From: Candidatus Hydrogenedentota bacterium
GTDB taxonomy: Bacteria > Hydrogenedentota > Hydrogenedentia > Hydrogenedentales > JAEUWI01
Assembly (NCBI GenBank): GCA_019637335.1
Contig: JAHBVV010000001.1
Location: forward strand, 377,440 to 441,439
Direction of reading: 5' to 3'
DNA: 64,000 bases
Both the position numbers and the translations under genes were made by a program. Numbering within the stretch: the stretch's first letter is position 1; each line of letters opens with the position of its first letter. Below are positions 46,033 through 56,472 of the stretch, in pieces. A model generated the notes under the pieces. The model did not search any database and was not told the origin of the DNA. It was given only the letters and a program-made list of their open reading frames with translations.

Positions 46033-48801
46033 ATGGCCAAGAAAAGTGTTTACTTTTTTGGCGGCGGCAAGGCCGACGGCACGCTGAAGATGAAGAATCT
46101 GCTGGGCGGCAAGGGCGCCAACCTGGCGGACATGGCGAGCATCGGCATTCCGGTGCCGGCCGGTTTCACGATCACGACGGAGGTCTGCACCGAGTACTAC
46201 GACAACAAGGGGCGCATCCCGAAGCACGTGACCGACGAGTACCTGAAAGCCCTGAAGAAGGTGGAAAAGGTGATGGGCAAGAAGTACGGGGCGAAGAAGA
46301 ACCCCCTGCTCCTTTCGGTCCGCTCGGGCGCGCGCATGTCGATGCCGGGCATGATGGACACGGTGCTGAACATCGGCCTGTGCGCGGAGACGATCCCGGG
46401 GCTTATCGAGGCGAGCGGCGGCGACGAGCGGTTCGTGTATGACGCGTACCGCCGGTTGATCACGATGTACGCGGACGTGGTGATGGAGAAGGCGCAGGGA
46501 GTGGAGCCGGCGGACGGGGAGAGCATCCGCCACAAGCTCGAGCACGCGTACGACGCGCTGAAGGCGAAGCGGGGCGTGACGGAGGACACGGATCTGACGG
46601 CGGAGGACTTGAAGCCGCTTTGCGAAGAGTTCAAGGCGACGGTGAAGAAGTCGCTTGGCGTGCCTTTCCCGGACGACGCGTACAAGCAGCTGGAAGGCGG
46701 CATCAAGGCGGTGTTCCAGTCGTGGATGGGCAAGCGCGCGATCGCGTACCGCAATATTGAGGGGATCCCGCACGACTGGGGCACGGCGGTGAACGTTCAG
46801 GCGATGGTGTTTGGGAACATGGGCGATACGTCGGCGACGGGCGTGGCGTTTACGCGCAACCCGGCCAATGGCGAGGACGCGTTCTACGGCGAGTGGCTGA
46901 TCAACGCGCAGGGCGAGGACGTGGTGGCGGGCACCCGCACGCCGCTTCCGGTCAACAAGGCTTCCAAGACGCCGGACCAGAAGAACGTGCAGTCGCTTGA
47001 GGAGATGTGGCCGAAGACGTACAAGCAGCTCTTCGCGATCCGGAACAAGCTTGAGAAGCACTACACGGACATGCAGGACATCGAGTTCACGATCGAGGAT
47101 AAGGAACTCTGGATGCTGCAGACGCGTACGGGCAAGCGCACGGGTCCGGCGGCGATCCGCATGGCGGTGGAGATGGCCGAGCAGAAGCTGATCAGCAAGG
47201 AAACGGCGATCATGCGGGTGAACCCGGAGCAGATCAACGAGTTGCTTCACCCGATGGTTGATCCGGCTGCCGAGAAAAGGGCCAATGTGCTTGCGAAGGG
47301 CCTTCCGGCGGGCCCCGGCGGCGGCGTGGGCCAGGTGGTGTTCAATTCGGACGACGCGGCGGAGTGGGCCAAGGACGGCAAGAAGGTCATTCTGGTGCGC
47401 AACGAGACGTCGCCCGAGGACGTGCACGGGATGCACGCGTCGGCCGGTATTCTGACGGCGAAGGGCGGCATGACGAGCCACGCGGCGCTTGTGGCGCGCG
47501 GCTGGGGCAAGTGCTGCATCGTTGGCTGCGGCGCGCTGAACATTGACGCGAAGGGCAAGAAGGTCACGATTGGCGACAAGGTGGTGAAGGAGGGCGACTG
47601 GGTGTCGATGAACGGCACGACGGGCGTCCTTTACGAGGGCCAGCTGGACGTGCTTCCGGCCCAGCCGGATCGCAACCCGTGGTACAAGAAGCTCATGGGC
47701 TGGGCGGACGCCACGCGGCAGATCAACGTGCGCACGAACTGCGAGACGCCGGAAGACGCGGCGCAGGCGATCGCGTTTGGCGCGGAGGGCATTGGCCTGG
47801 CGCGTACGGAGCATATGTTCTTCGAGCCGGAGCGCATCATTCACGTTCGCGAGATGATCCTGGCGAGCAGCGAAGCCGACCGGCGCGCGGCGGTGATGAA
47901 ACTGCTGCCGTTCCAGAAGAAGGACTTCCTGGGCATCTTCAAGGCGATGGCCGGGAAGCCGGTGACGGTGCGGCTGCTGGATCCGCCGCTTCACGAGTTT
48001 GTGACGCTGGACGAGAGCCAGGTGAAGGAACTCGCCAAGCACATGGGTCTGAAGCCGGAGCAGGTGCAGGCCCGGATCGCGCAGCTCCACGAGCTGAACC
48101 CGATGCTCGGCCACCGCGGCTGCCGCCTGGGCATCGCGTATCCGGAGATCACGGAGATGCAGGCGACGGCCATCCTGAGCGCGGCGGCGGAGCTTGCGAC
48201 GAAGAAGATCAAGGTGCTTCCGGAGATCATGATCCCGCTGGTCGGCCACCAGAACGAATACAAGAATCAGGCGGCCATCATCCGCGCGGTTGCGGAAGAC
48301 GTCAAGAAGAAGTACAAGCTCAAGACGCTCGACTTCCTGGTTGGCACCATGATCGAAATCCCGCGGGCCTGCCTCGTGGCCGACAAGATCGCCGAGGAAG
48401 CGGAGTTCTTCAGCTTCGGCACCAACGACCTCACGCAGATGGGCTTCGGCTTCTCGCGCGACGACATCGGCGGATTCCTTCCGCACTACCTGAAGGAAGA
48501 GATCCTGCCGGTCGACCCGTTCCAGGTGCTGGACCAGGAAGGCATCGGCCAGCTCGTCGAGATGGGCGTAGCCCGCGGTCGCAGCACCCGGCCCGACCTC
48601 AAGGTCGGTATCTGCGGCGAACACGGCGGCGAGCCGAAGTCGGTTAAGTTCTGCCACCGCAGCGGCCTGAACTACGTCAGCTGCAGCCCGTTCCGCGTGC
48701 CGATCGCGCGTCTTGCGGCGGCGCAGGCGGCGCTTGAGACGCCGCGTAAGGTGGAGAAGAAGGCCGCGAAGAAGAAGGCGGCGAAGCGCGGTAAGAAGTA
48801 A
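46033..48801 (+). CDS. ppdK: Pyruvate, phosphate dikinase
   Basis: N-terminus MAKKSVYFFGGGKADG...LLGGKGANLADM. Catalytic His region GGMTSHAALVARGWGKCCIVG. PEP-utiliser C-terminal region NDLTQMGFGFSRDD present. GAAGGAG Shine-Dalgarno lies 11 nt upstream. An alternative start is ATG 46024. Confidence 0.95.
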   Translation: MAKKSVYFFGGGKADGTLKMKNLLGGKGANLADMASIGIPVPAGFTITTEVCTEYYDNKGRIPKHVTDEYLKALKKVEKVMGKKYGAKKNPLLLSVRSGARMSMPGMMDTVLNIGLCAETIPGLIEASGGDERFVYDAYRRLITMYADVVMEKAQGVEPADGESIRHKLEHAYDALKAKRGVTEDTDLTAEDLKPLCEEFKATVKKSLGVPFPDDAYKQLEGGIKAVFQSWMGKRAIAYRNIEGIPHDWGTAVNVQAMVFGNMGDTSATGVAFTRNPANGEDAFYGEWLINAQGEDVVAGTRTPLPVNKASKTPDQKNVQSLEEMWPKTYKQLFAIRNKLEKHYTDMQDIEFTIEDKELWMLQTRTGKRTGPAAIRMAVEMAEQKLISKETAIMRVNPEQINELLHPMVDPAAEKRANVLAKGLPAGPGGGVGQVVFNSDDAAEWAKDGKKVILVRNETSPEDVHGMHASAGILTAKGGMTSHAALVARGWGKCCIVGCGALNIDAKGKKVTIGDKVVKEGDWVSMNGTTGVLYEGQLDVLPAQPDRNPWYKKLMGWADATRQINVRTNCETPEDAAQAIAFGAEGIGLARTEHMFFEPERIIHVREMILASSEADRRAAVMKLLPFQKKDFLGIFKAMAGKPVTVRLLDPPLHEFVTLDESQVKELAKHMGLKPEQVQARIAQLHELNPMLGHRGCRLGIAYPEITEMQATAILSAAAELATKKIKVLPEIMIPLVGHQNEYKNQAAIIRAVAEDVKKKYKLKTLDFLVGTMIEIPRACLVADKIAEEAEFFSFGTNDLTQMGFGFSRDDIGGFLPHYLKEEILPVDPFQVLDQEGIGQLVEMGVARGRSTRPDLKVGICGEHGGEPKSVKFCHRSGLNYVSCSPFRVPIARLAAAQAALETPRKVEKKAAKKKAAKRGKK

Positions 48802-48859
48802 CCGCGAATCGATAAAAGGTGCACGCCCCCGGGCCGCTGGCCCGGGGGTTTTTGTTTAG

Positions 48860-50120
48860 AAAATCGGTAACAGTTTAGCCGTCTGAAGCAAGGAAGAATT
48901 TCAACCACGAATGCACACAGGGCAGCCGCTGGCCGTAACCGAGGAAGGGACCACCACGAAGGTCACGAAGGTCATGAAGAAAAACAGAGAAGAGCTTTGA
49001 CCGCAGAGAGCGCAGAGGGTGTTGTTGTGCGCGTACGGACCGGTGCGGTTGAATGAGGGCGAGTTTTTTGACCACGAATGGACACCAATGCACACGAATG
49101 CGCCGGGAGCAGCAGCTGGCCGCGATCAGGAGTTGTGACCACGGATTACACAGGGCAGCCTTGGGCCGCAACCCAAGAAAATGATCACCACGAAGTGCAC
49201 GAAGGTCACGAAGAAAAACAGAGAATAGCTCTAACCGCAGAGAACGCAGAGAGCGCAGAGGATCGCTCTTGTACGCAGATGAAGTAGTTGGTTGAATGAG
49301 GGTGCGTTCTTGACCACGAATGGACACCATTGCACACGAATGCGCCGGGAGCGGCGGCCGCCGCGATCAGGAGTTGTGACCACGGATTACACTGGGCAGC
49401 CTCTGGCCGCAACCAAGGAATTGATCACCACGAAGGGCACGAAGGCCACGAAGAGAAAGAGAGACGAAGTTTTGACCGCAGAGAACGCAAAGAGCGCAAA
49501 GGGTGATTTCTTGTACGCGGATGGATTGGGTGGATTATCGAGAGCGCATTCTTAACCACGAATGAACACCAATGCACACGAATGCATCGGGAGCAGCCGC
49601 GGGCAGCGATCAGGATTTGTGACCACGGATTACACGGATGACACGGATTGCAATTGGTTCCGGTCGTTGAGGCGTGCCGTCGGCGGCGTGCGATTTTCGA
49701 CGTAGCCCGTTCGGATTGTTCAGCATCGGAATTGTAGCGGGGTGGAATGGGTGGCGGGCTGCTCGGTCTCATATTGTTCAAGCGCCGCGGCAATCCGTGT
49801 CATCGGTGTAATCCGTGGTCAATAGAAGAATACCGGCCACGACATTCATGGGACGGTCCGGAAATTCTCCTTGGAGTTTCCAATTCGTAAATGCTTTTAC
49901 AACAGATTGTTATGGAGGTATTGCGCGCAAGAACTTGCAGAAAAAACAAGAAAATGACGGATAGTAGTACGGATGACACGGATAGAAAATGATCTCGGTC
50001 GTTGGGGTGTGCAGGCGGCTGCGTGCGATTTTCGATGTGGCCTGTTCGGATAGTTCAGAAAATCGGTAAATCTTTGGCCGTATGAAGTTGAGTAGCAGTT
50101 TAACCACGAATGGACACGAA
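48860..50120. repeat. Modular word-repeat element, locus 4
   Basis: Four consecutive units each contain ...accacgaaggtcacgaagg...ccgcagagaacgcagagagcgca...aaccacgaatggacacc(a/t)(a/t)tgcacacgaatgc... Confidence 0.75.
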
Positions 50121-50551
50121 CGGACACGAATAAGAAGCCGAAATTCAGTTCAAGCAGCCTTTTCCCAGGCCCGCAGCCAGGCATCCAAGCAACGAGAAAC
50201 CTGATTGGCCGCGGAGAACATAGATCAACCTTTCGCCGCAACGAAGGAGTTGTTCCAGGAATCCACGCAGACACCAACTGGCGCCCGCCTTCCGGCCTCT
50301 ACTTTTTATCTGTGGGGTTCTCTGCAAACCTGTGGGAATATTCTGCTCTTCAAGAGATCAAAGGCGGACCTGTTATCGTTCCATTTGAGTCCTCGAACCC
50401 GGTCAATAGTCTCTCTTATTCGTGTGAATTCGTGTTCATTCGTGGTTGATAAGCTTCTTTGCCTCAGACGGCCAAACTGTTACGAAAATCGATAAAATCT
50501 CGATTTATGGCGCAAAATTTGCCAAATTACGGATTTTTCTGAATAATAGAG

Positions 50552-52198
50552 GTGGGGTTGCCGATCAGACGGCGAATCTGGCAGCGGATTGCGTGTGCGT
50601 CGAAGAGCAGGAATTCCGGATTGACAACCTACCGCATCAAAATCCAGCGCAGTGGACAGCCGACGAAGCTGGGCGTTCTGGAAGACCAGCCTTGTGTAAT
50701 CGGTCGGGCGTCCGACGCGGACATTGTGTTGAAGGAGGATTCGGTCAGCCGCCGGCATGCGCGCCTCTCTGTTGACGGGAGCGAGGTGCATATCGAGGAT
50801 CTCGATTCGAGCAATGGCGTGTATCTCAATGGCGCGCGCGTGCGGCGCGCGGCGGTCACTCCGGGCGATCGAATCCGCGTGGGGAATTACACGATTCGCG
50901 TGGAGCCGATGACGTCCGCGGGCGTGCCGGTAAACGGGCGCACGGAACTCGACCATGCGGATGTGGGCACGCTTCATGCGCAGCTGGTTGACCAGGATCA
51001 TTCGCAGCTTGCGTTTCTATACCGGCTTTCGCAACGGATGGCGGCGCAGCGGCAGTTGCGGCCGCTTCTGGACCTGGTGCTGGAGGAGGTTATGGGGGTG
51101 TTTCCGGCGGCGCGTGGTTTCATTCGTGCGGGAGCGGCGCAGGACGGCGCGCCTCCGGTTTACGCTTCCCGGACGCGGCGGGGGCAGAATCCGGCGCCGC
51201 CGATCAGCGAGACGCTGTTGCACCATGTGCAGCACACGCGCAGCAGCGTGCTTACGCGAGACGCGGCGGCGGATGAACGCTTCGACAATGCGGACTCCAT
51301 TGCGGCGCACCAGATCCAGGCGGCGTTGTGCGTTCCGCTGATCAGCCACGACACGGTTCACGGGGCGATCTATCTGGACGCGGATTCGACATCCGAGCCC
51401 TTTACGCCGACGCACCTGCAACTGCTCTCGGTGGTGGGTCAGGTGGCGGGTGTGGCGGTGGAGAATATCTATCTCTTCGAGAAGCAGCTGCACCAGGAGC
51501 GGCTTGCGGCAATCGGGCAGGCTGTCTCGGCCACGAGCCACGATATGCGGAACATTCTTACAGGCATTTCCGGGGGCACGGAGCTCATCGAGCTGGCGCG
51601 GGAGAGCGGGAGCTGGGAGCGTGCGGCGGGGGGGCTGAATATTCTTCGCAAGTCGCTGACGCGCTTCGAGAACCTCGTTAACAGCCTGCTGGACTTCTCC
51701 CGGAAGACGGAGATCTGCGCGGGGGAGACGGATATCGGGGCGCTCGTCTCGGAGGTTATTGAGACGCTGGCGCCGGCGGCGTCGAAGGTTGGCGTGACGT
51801 TTGCGTTTGAGAACCGGCTGCGGGATACGGTGTTGCTGGACGCGCAACAGGTGCACCGGGTGCTGGTGAACCTGGCGCGGAACGCGATGGATGCGATGAA
51901 CGGGGGCGGTGGGGTGGTCCAGTTTATGGCGGAAGCGGATGACGCCGAGCATATCATTCGCGTTCGGGACAGCGGCGCGGGCATTCCCACGGAATCGCTG
52001 TCGCGCCTGGGGCAGGCGTTTTTCACGACGAAGGAGGGGGCGGGGACGGGGCTGGGCCTGGCGCTTTGTTACCGGATCATGGAACAGCACGGCGGGCGCA
52101 TCGAGGTGGAAAGCGAGCCGGGCCGTGGCACGACATTCAGCCTGGTGTTTCCGGATCCGTGCCGCACCACGGCGCGTATGCGCCCGGCCGGCGTGTGA
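50552..52198 (+). CDS. FHA-GAF sensor histidine kinase
   Basis: FHA domain at CVIGRASDADIVLKEDSVSRRHARL...SSNGVYLNG. A central GAF-like region follows. HisKA H-box ATSHDMRN and HATPase motifs RDSGAGI and GTGLGL are present. The start could also be TTG near 50620. Confidence 0.75.
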   Translation: MGLPIRRRIWQRIACASKSRNSGLTTYRIKIQRSGQPTKLGVLEDQPCVIGRASDADIVLKEDSVSRRHARLSVDGSEVHIEDLDSSNGVYLNGARVRRAAVTPGDRIRVGNYTIRVEPMTSAGVPVNGRTELDHADVGTLHAQLVDQDHSQLAFLYRLSQRMAAQRQLRPLLDLVLEEVMGVFPAARGFIRAGAAQDGAPPVYASRTRRGQNPAPPISETLLHHVQHTRSSVLTRDAAADERFDNADSIAAHQIQAALCVPLISHDTVHGAIYLDADSTSEPFTPTHLQLLSVVGQVAGVAVENIYLFEKQLHQERLAAIGQAVSATSHDMRNILTGISGGTELIELARESGSWERAAGGLNILRKSLTRFENLVNSLLDFSRKTEICAGETDIGALVSEVIETLAPAASKVGVTFAFENRLRDTVLLDAQQVHRVLVNLARNAMDAMNGGGGVVQFMAEADDAEHIIRVRDSGAGIPTESLSRLGQAFFTTKEGAGTGLGLALCYRIMEQHGGRIEVESEPGRGTTFSLVFPDPCRTTARMRPAGV

Positions 52199-52207
52199 GG
52201 GCGGGGA

Positions 52208-52825
52208 TCAGGCCTTTCGCGGCAATTCGGGGTAGAGTTTGTCCCGGCACTCGGGGCAAATCCCGTGGCTGAATTCGGCCTCGGTGTGCTGGCTGATGTA
52301 CTGCTCGACGGTGGCCCAGTAGCCCTGGTCGTCGCGAATACGCTTGCAATTGGCGCAGATGGGGAGGAGGCCGCTGAGCTGTTTGACTTCCGCCAGTGCG
52401 TTGCGAAGCTCTGCAATGAGGCGCGCGCGTTCGTCTTCCAGGCGGGTGCGCTCGGTAACGTCGCGGAGGGAATAGAGGAGGGCCGGCTGGCCGTCCCAGG
52501 GGATCACGGCCACGGCGACGTCGGTGCTGCGGGTGGTTCCGCTGGCGCAGCACATGCGGACGGGCCCGTAGACGCCGTCGACCAGTTGGGCCTCGTTCAG
52601 GGCCCCGGGATCGTCCTCCATCAGGAGACTTTTTAGATCGCGGCCCAGGATTTCTTCGGGGTGGTAGCCGAGGAGTCCGAGCACCTGGTTGTTTGCGTGC
52701 AGGATTCGCTGCGTGTCGGCATCAAGTACGAGGATCGCGTCGTGGATGGCGTTGAAAATGATCTCGAAGTGGCGCTGCGACAGCGGGGCTGCGCCGGGGT
52801 GCGCTCCGGTCCTTTTTGAATCCAT
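52208..52825 (-). CDS. PAS-domain protein with a C-terminal Cys4 zinc-finger-like motif (CANCKRIRDD...HGICPEC)
   Basis: PAS motifs FEIIFNAIHDAILVLD and ILGRDLKSL. The C-terminal module LPICANCKRIR...W..VEQYISQHTEAEFSHGICPEC is a recurrent sensor C-terminal module. The stop lies 9 nt from the stop of the convergent kinase. Confidence 0.65.
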   Translation of the reverse strand: MDSKRTGAHPGAAPLSQRHFEIIFNAIHDAILVLDADTQRILHANNQVLGLLGYHPEEILGRDLKSLLMEDDPGALNEAQLVDGVYGPVRMCCASGTTRSTDVAVAVIPWDGQPALLYSLRDVTERTRLEDERARLIAELRNALAEVKQLSGLLPICANCKRIRDDQGYWATVEQYISQHTEAEFSHGICPECRDKLYPELPRKA

Positions 52826-53192
52826 CCCACTTCCTTCAAACCCCGCAAAAAGGGCGCGTTGGGCAACGTGCGGGGAACCGCGGCGGCGTACCCGAGTGTT
52901 TGTTAGAAGTTTACCCGGCGGACCACTTGTGCTGTCAAGGGAGGGCGGAAGTTTGCGGGGGTGTTGGGGGCGTTGCGGTTACGGGCGTTCGTGGCGTCTT
53001 GCGCCAGCCGTTGGGGATGAAAATGGACGGCGGCTTCGCCGCCTGGCAGGCGGGGACGCCTGCGCTCCCAGCCTTTGCAGCTTCCTTGGGAGAGATGCTG
53101 TGGGCCTTGCGGGTACAGGCACCCGCGATATGGAGGCAGGCTTGGACGCTTTCGCGGCCGGGGTGGTTCTTGTCGCGGGAGGGAGTCCCCCG

Positions 53193-54746
53193 TCAGCGTT
53201 TTCGGGCGCGGCGGGTGAGGCGTCCGATGAGGGCGAGGTCTTCGGAGCGGAGGAGGCGGCAGGCGGCGGGGTAGGTCAGGAGGCCGGCGAGTACGGGGAT
53301 GAGAACGCGGGCAAGTTCGGCTCCGTGGGCGGTTGCGGGCCAGGCGTTTGCGGTTGCATTGTGGGTGAGGAAGACGGCGCAGCCCATGGCGGTGGAGGCC
53401 AACAGGATTTTGATCAGGCCGCGGGCGAAATCGGGGGTGAGCAGGTTGCCGTAGCGGCGGCAGAGTAGCAGGTAGAGGCCGGTAGCGTTGGCGGCGTAGG
53501 AGATGGTGGTGGCGAGGGCGAGGCCCTGGTAGCCCATGGGTCCGACGAGCGCGAGGTTGAGGGCGATGTTGAGCCCCATGCTCAGGGAGGCGACGATGAC
53601 GGGGGTTGCGGTATTGTGCACGGCGTAGAAGCCCTGAACGCCGACCTTGACCCAGGAGAAGAAGAGGAGGCCCCAAGCGAGGTAGAAGAGGGCGTTTGCG
53701 GCGTGCCGGGCTTCTTCGGGGGAGAAGGCGCCGCCTTCGTGGGCGAAGAGCAACTGCATGATCGGCTCGCGAAGTATCAGGAGGCCGGCCAGGGCGGGCA
53801 TGACGAGAAACGCGGACTGCCGGAAGCCGTGGGCGAGGGTGGCGCGGATTTCGCCATAGTCCTCGCGGGCTCCGGCCGCGGAAATGGACGGCAGGATGGC
53901 GACGGCGACGGCGAGCCCGAATACGGACAGGGGGAGCTGCACGAGGCGGTTTGCGTAGTAGAGGTACGAGACTGCTTCCAGTTTGAAGGCGAAGAAGGCG
54001 TCGACGACTTTATTCACCTCGCCCGTGGCCTGTCCGAGGACGATGGGGACGAGCAGCAGCATGGCCTTGCGGACACCGGGGTGCCTTAACTCGAGCGAGG
54101 GCAGGCCGAAGCCGGCGTGGCGTTTCATGGCGACGAGCAGTACGGCGGCCTGGGCGATGCCGCCGAGCCAGACGCCGGCGACCAGGGCCCAGACGGGGTC
54201 GGGAAAGTAGTCGCTGGCGAGGAGACATGCGGCTATCAGGGCGACATTGAGCAGTGCGGGCGACCAGGAGGCCGTGCTGTATCGTTGCATGACGAATAGC
54301 GGGCCCATCGCGAAGACACCGGCTCCGATGAGGAAGAAATACGGCATGAGCCAGGGCGTCACGGCCAGGGCCAGCCCCAGGTGGTCGTCGCCGGGCATGG
54401 CGGTTCCGGTGAAGGGTTGGAGGAGGCGCAGGGCCGCGGGAATGAAGGGGACGAGGAGCACACCCGCGAGGGTCAGCAGCGCGAAGAGCAGCAGGGTGGC
54501 GCCGAAACAGGCGCGCGCGACGCGGCGGAAGGCGTCGTCGCCCTCGGTTTCGCGGGTGCGGGAGAAGAGCGGCACGTAGGCGGCGTTGACGGCGCCCTCG
54601 CCGAGCATGTCGCGCAGCATATTGGGGAAGCGGAAGGCGAAGAGGAATACCTCGCGCGAGACGAAGGGGATCGTGTCGGCGATCACGATGTCCCGCGCGA
54701 GTCCGAGCAGGCGGCTGATGAGGGTGCCGCCCGCGAACACGGCCAT
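53193..54746 (-). CDS. murJ: Lipid II flippase MurJ (MviN)
   Basis: N-terminus MAVFAGGTLISRLLGLARDIVIADT...FRFPNMLRDMLGEGAVNAAYVPLF matches MurJ. About 14 TM helices. The long upstream ORF extension (Arg/Pro-rich) was rejected. Confidence 0.8.
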   Translation of the reverse strand: MAVFAGGTLISRLLGLARDIVIADTIPFVSREVFLFAFRFPNMLRDMLGEGAVNAAYVPLFSRTRETEGDDAFRRVARACFGATLLLFALLTLAGVLLVPFIPAALRLLQPFTGTAMPGDDHLGLALAVTPWLMPYFFLIGAGVFAMGPLFVMQRYSTASWSPALLNVALIAACLLASDYFPDPVWALVAGVWLGGIAQAAVLLVAMKRHAGFGLPSLELRHPGVRKAMLLLVPIVLGQATGEVNKVVDAFFAFKLEAVSYLYYANRLVQLPLSVFGLAVAVAILPSISAAGAREDYGEIRATLAHGFRQSAFLVMPALAGLLILREPIMQLLFAHEGGAFSPEEARHAANALFYLAWGLLFFSWVKVGVQGFYAVHNTATPVIVASLSMGLNIALNLALVGPMGYQGLALATTISYAANATGLYLLLCRRYGNLLTPDFARGLIKILLASTAMGCAVFLTHNATANAWPATAHGAELARVLIPVLAGLLTYPAACRLLRSEDLALIGRLTRRARKR

Positions 54747-54775
54747 GAAGCGGGTGAGGCTTCTTCCCGGCTTGC

Positions 54776-56368
54776 TCACGGGCTTTTTTCGGGCGCCGGT
54801 TCGGGCGCGTTGGCGGGTGCGCTGGTCCCGCGCTTTCCGGCGAGGAGGATCGCGACGCCGGCGAGGGCGAGGATGGGAACGATGCGACCGAACCAGTCCA
54901 CGGAACCGGGCAGGAGCATGGCGGCGGGAGGCGGTACTGGCATGGCGGCGGCGCGGCGTTGGAGCATGGCGTCCGCGGGCGCCGGTTTGCCCTCGCGCCA
55001 GGTGACGTAGCCCTGTCTTCCGACGAAGCCATCGATGACGTCGATTCGTCCGTAGGGGTCGATGACGGCGGAAACGCCGGTGTTTGCGCATTGGACGAGC
55101 GGGAGCCGGTTCTCGATCGCGCGAAAGCGGGCAATTTCCAATTCCTGGCCCAGGATGTTGCTCTGTCCGAACCAGGCGAGGTTGGTGATTACGACGAGGA
55201 AGTCGGCTCCGAGGGCGCGGCATTCGGAGGCTTGCGGGGCGAAGAGGACTTCGAAGCAGATCAGGGGCCCGAAGCGGCGTCCGCCAGCTTCCATGACCAC
55301 CTGTTCCGCGCCCGCCGAGAGGCCGCCCTGCGCGCCGAAGGCTCGCGCGAAGGAGAGGCGCTCCTCGAAGGGGATGTACTCTCCGAAGGGGGCGAGGTGG
55401 ACTTTGTCGTAGGTTTCGGTGGCGCCATCAGGCCGGACGAGGACGCTGCTGTTGTAGGCGGCGCCGCTGGCGTTGTCGCGGCGCACGGCTCCGGTGAAGA
55501 GGGGGGTGTCTGTGGAGGCGGCAAAGGACTGGAGCTGTTCCAGCACGCGGGGCACGCGGAAATCGCTCATGACGAGGGCCTCGGGCCACACGAAGAGCTG
55601 GGTTGGCTCCGCGCTGGCCACCGCATGGGACTGGACCACGGCCATCTCCAGCATTTCCTCCTGGAAATCGGGGTCCCATTTCATGTGCTGCGGGTAATTG
55701 CTCTGGTAGAGTCCGACCATGTAGGGGGGATCGGCGGATTCGGGCGCGCGGTAGAGGGCGAGGCCGATGAGGTGCGCGAGGAGGACTGTGGCCAGGGCGC
55801 GGGCGGCGGGTATCCAGCGCTGGTCCGGGGCGAGGATTGCCTGGGCGAGGGAGGCGTTGACGCTGGCCAGTATGCCGGAGAGCAGGATCACGCCGCCCAG
55901 CGAGGCGAGTTGGGCGAACCAGGCGTCGGGGCCCTGGCTGTAGCCCAGGGCGGCCCAGCAGAATCCGGTGAAGGCGCGGGCCTGGACCCATTCCATGGTG
56001 ATCCAGAGCGCGGCGAAGAGGAGGGCGGCGCGGCCGCCGGGCCAGCGGCGGTGCAGGCGGCTCCAGAGGGCTCCGAGTGCGGCCCAGAATGCGGCGAGGA
56101 CGAGGCAGAGGCCCTGCTGGCCGAGAATGGCCCAGCCGCCCGCCCAGAAGATGTTTGCGTTGAGCCATTGGAGCGTGATGGAGTAGAAGATCCAGCCGGC
56201 GGCGAGGAACTGGAACGCGGCCTCGCGGGGCGCGCACCGGGCGGCGCGCACGAGGAGGGGTACGAGCGCGACCCACGCCAGGGGGTACCAGTGGAAGGTC
56301 GGAAAGGCCCACGCCAGGAGCACGCCGGATAGTAGCGCCCAGGCATAGCGCCGCAGAAAAACGAGCAT
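54776..56368 (-). CDS. lnt: Apolipoprotein N-acyltransferase
   Basis: N-terminal polytopic domain plus a CN-hydrolase domain (GPLICFEVLFAPQ, NLAWFGQS). 530 aa. Confidence 0.85.
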   Translation of the reverse strand: MLVFLRRYAWALLSGVLLAWAFPTFHWYPLAWVALVPLLVRAARCAPREAAFQFLAAGWIFYSITLQWLNANIFWAGGWAILGQQGLCLVLAAFWAALGALWSRLHRRWPGGRAALLFAALWITMEWVQARAFTGFCWAALGYSQGPDAWFAQLASLGGVILLSGILASVNASLAQAILAPDQRWIPAARALATVLLAHLIGLALYRAPESADPPYMVGLYQSNYPQHMKWDPDFQEEMLEMAVVQSHAVASAEPTQLFVWPEALVMSDFRVPRVLEQLQSFAASTDTPLFTGAVRRDNASGAAYNSSVLVRPDGATETYDKVHLAPFGEYIPFEERLSFARAFGAQGGLSAGAEQVVMEAGGRRFGPLICFEVLFAPQASECRALGADFLVVITNLAWFGQSNILGQELEIARFRAIENRLPLVQCANTGVSAVIDPYGRIDVIDGFVGRQGYVTWREGKPAPADAMLQRRAAAMPVPPPAAMLLPGSVDWFGRIVPILALAGVAILLAGKRGTSAPANAPEPAPEKSP

Positions 56369-56472
56369 TGTCGCACAAACTCCGCGGGGTGTGACTTGGG
56401 GAAAGGCCGCGGCGAACTGGCGGCCCGAGAGGATTGTGCGCGACGGCGCGCGGCGCGATCAAGCCGGGGCTG

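Noticed and set aside
53193-55223. The 676-aa ORF as MurJ with a long N-terminal extension
   Set aside because: The first 159 aa are RRxR low-complexity sequence overlapping the 3' end of lnt. The MurJ consensus N-terminus begins at MAVFAGGTLISRLLG, from ATG 54744-54746.
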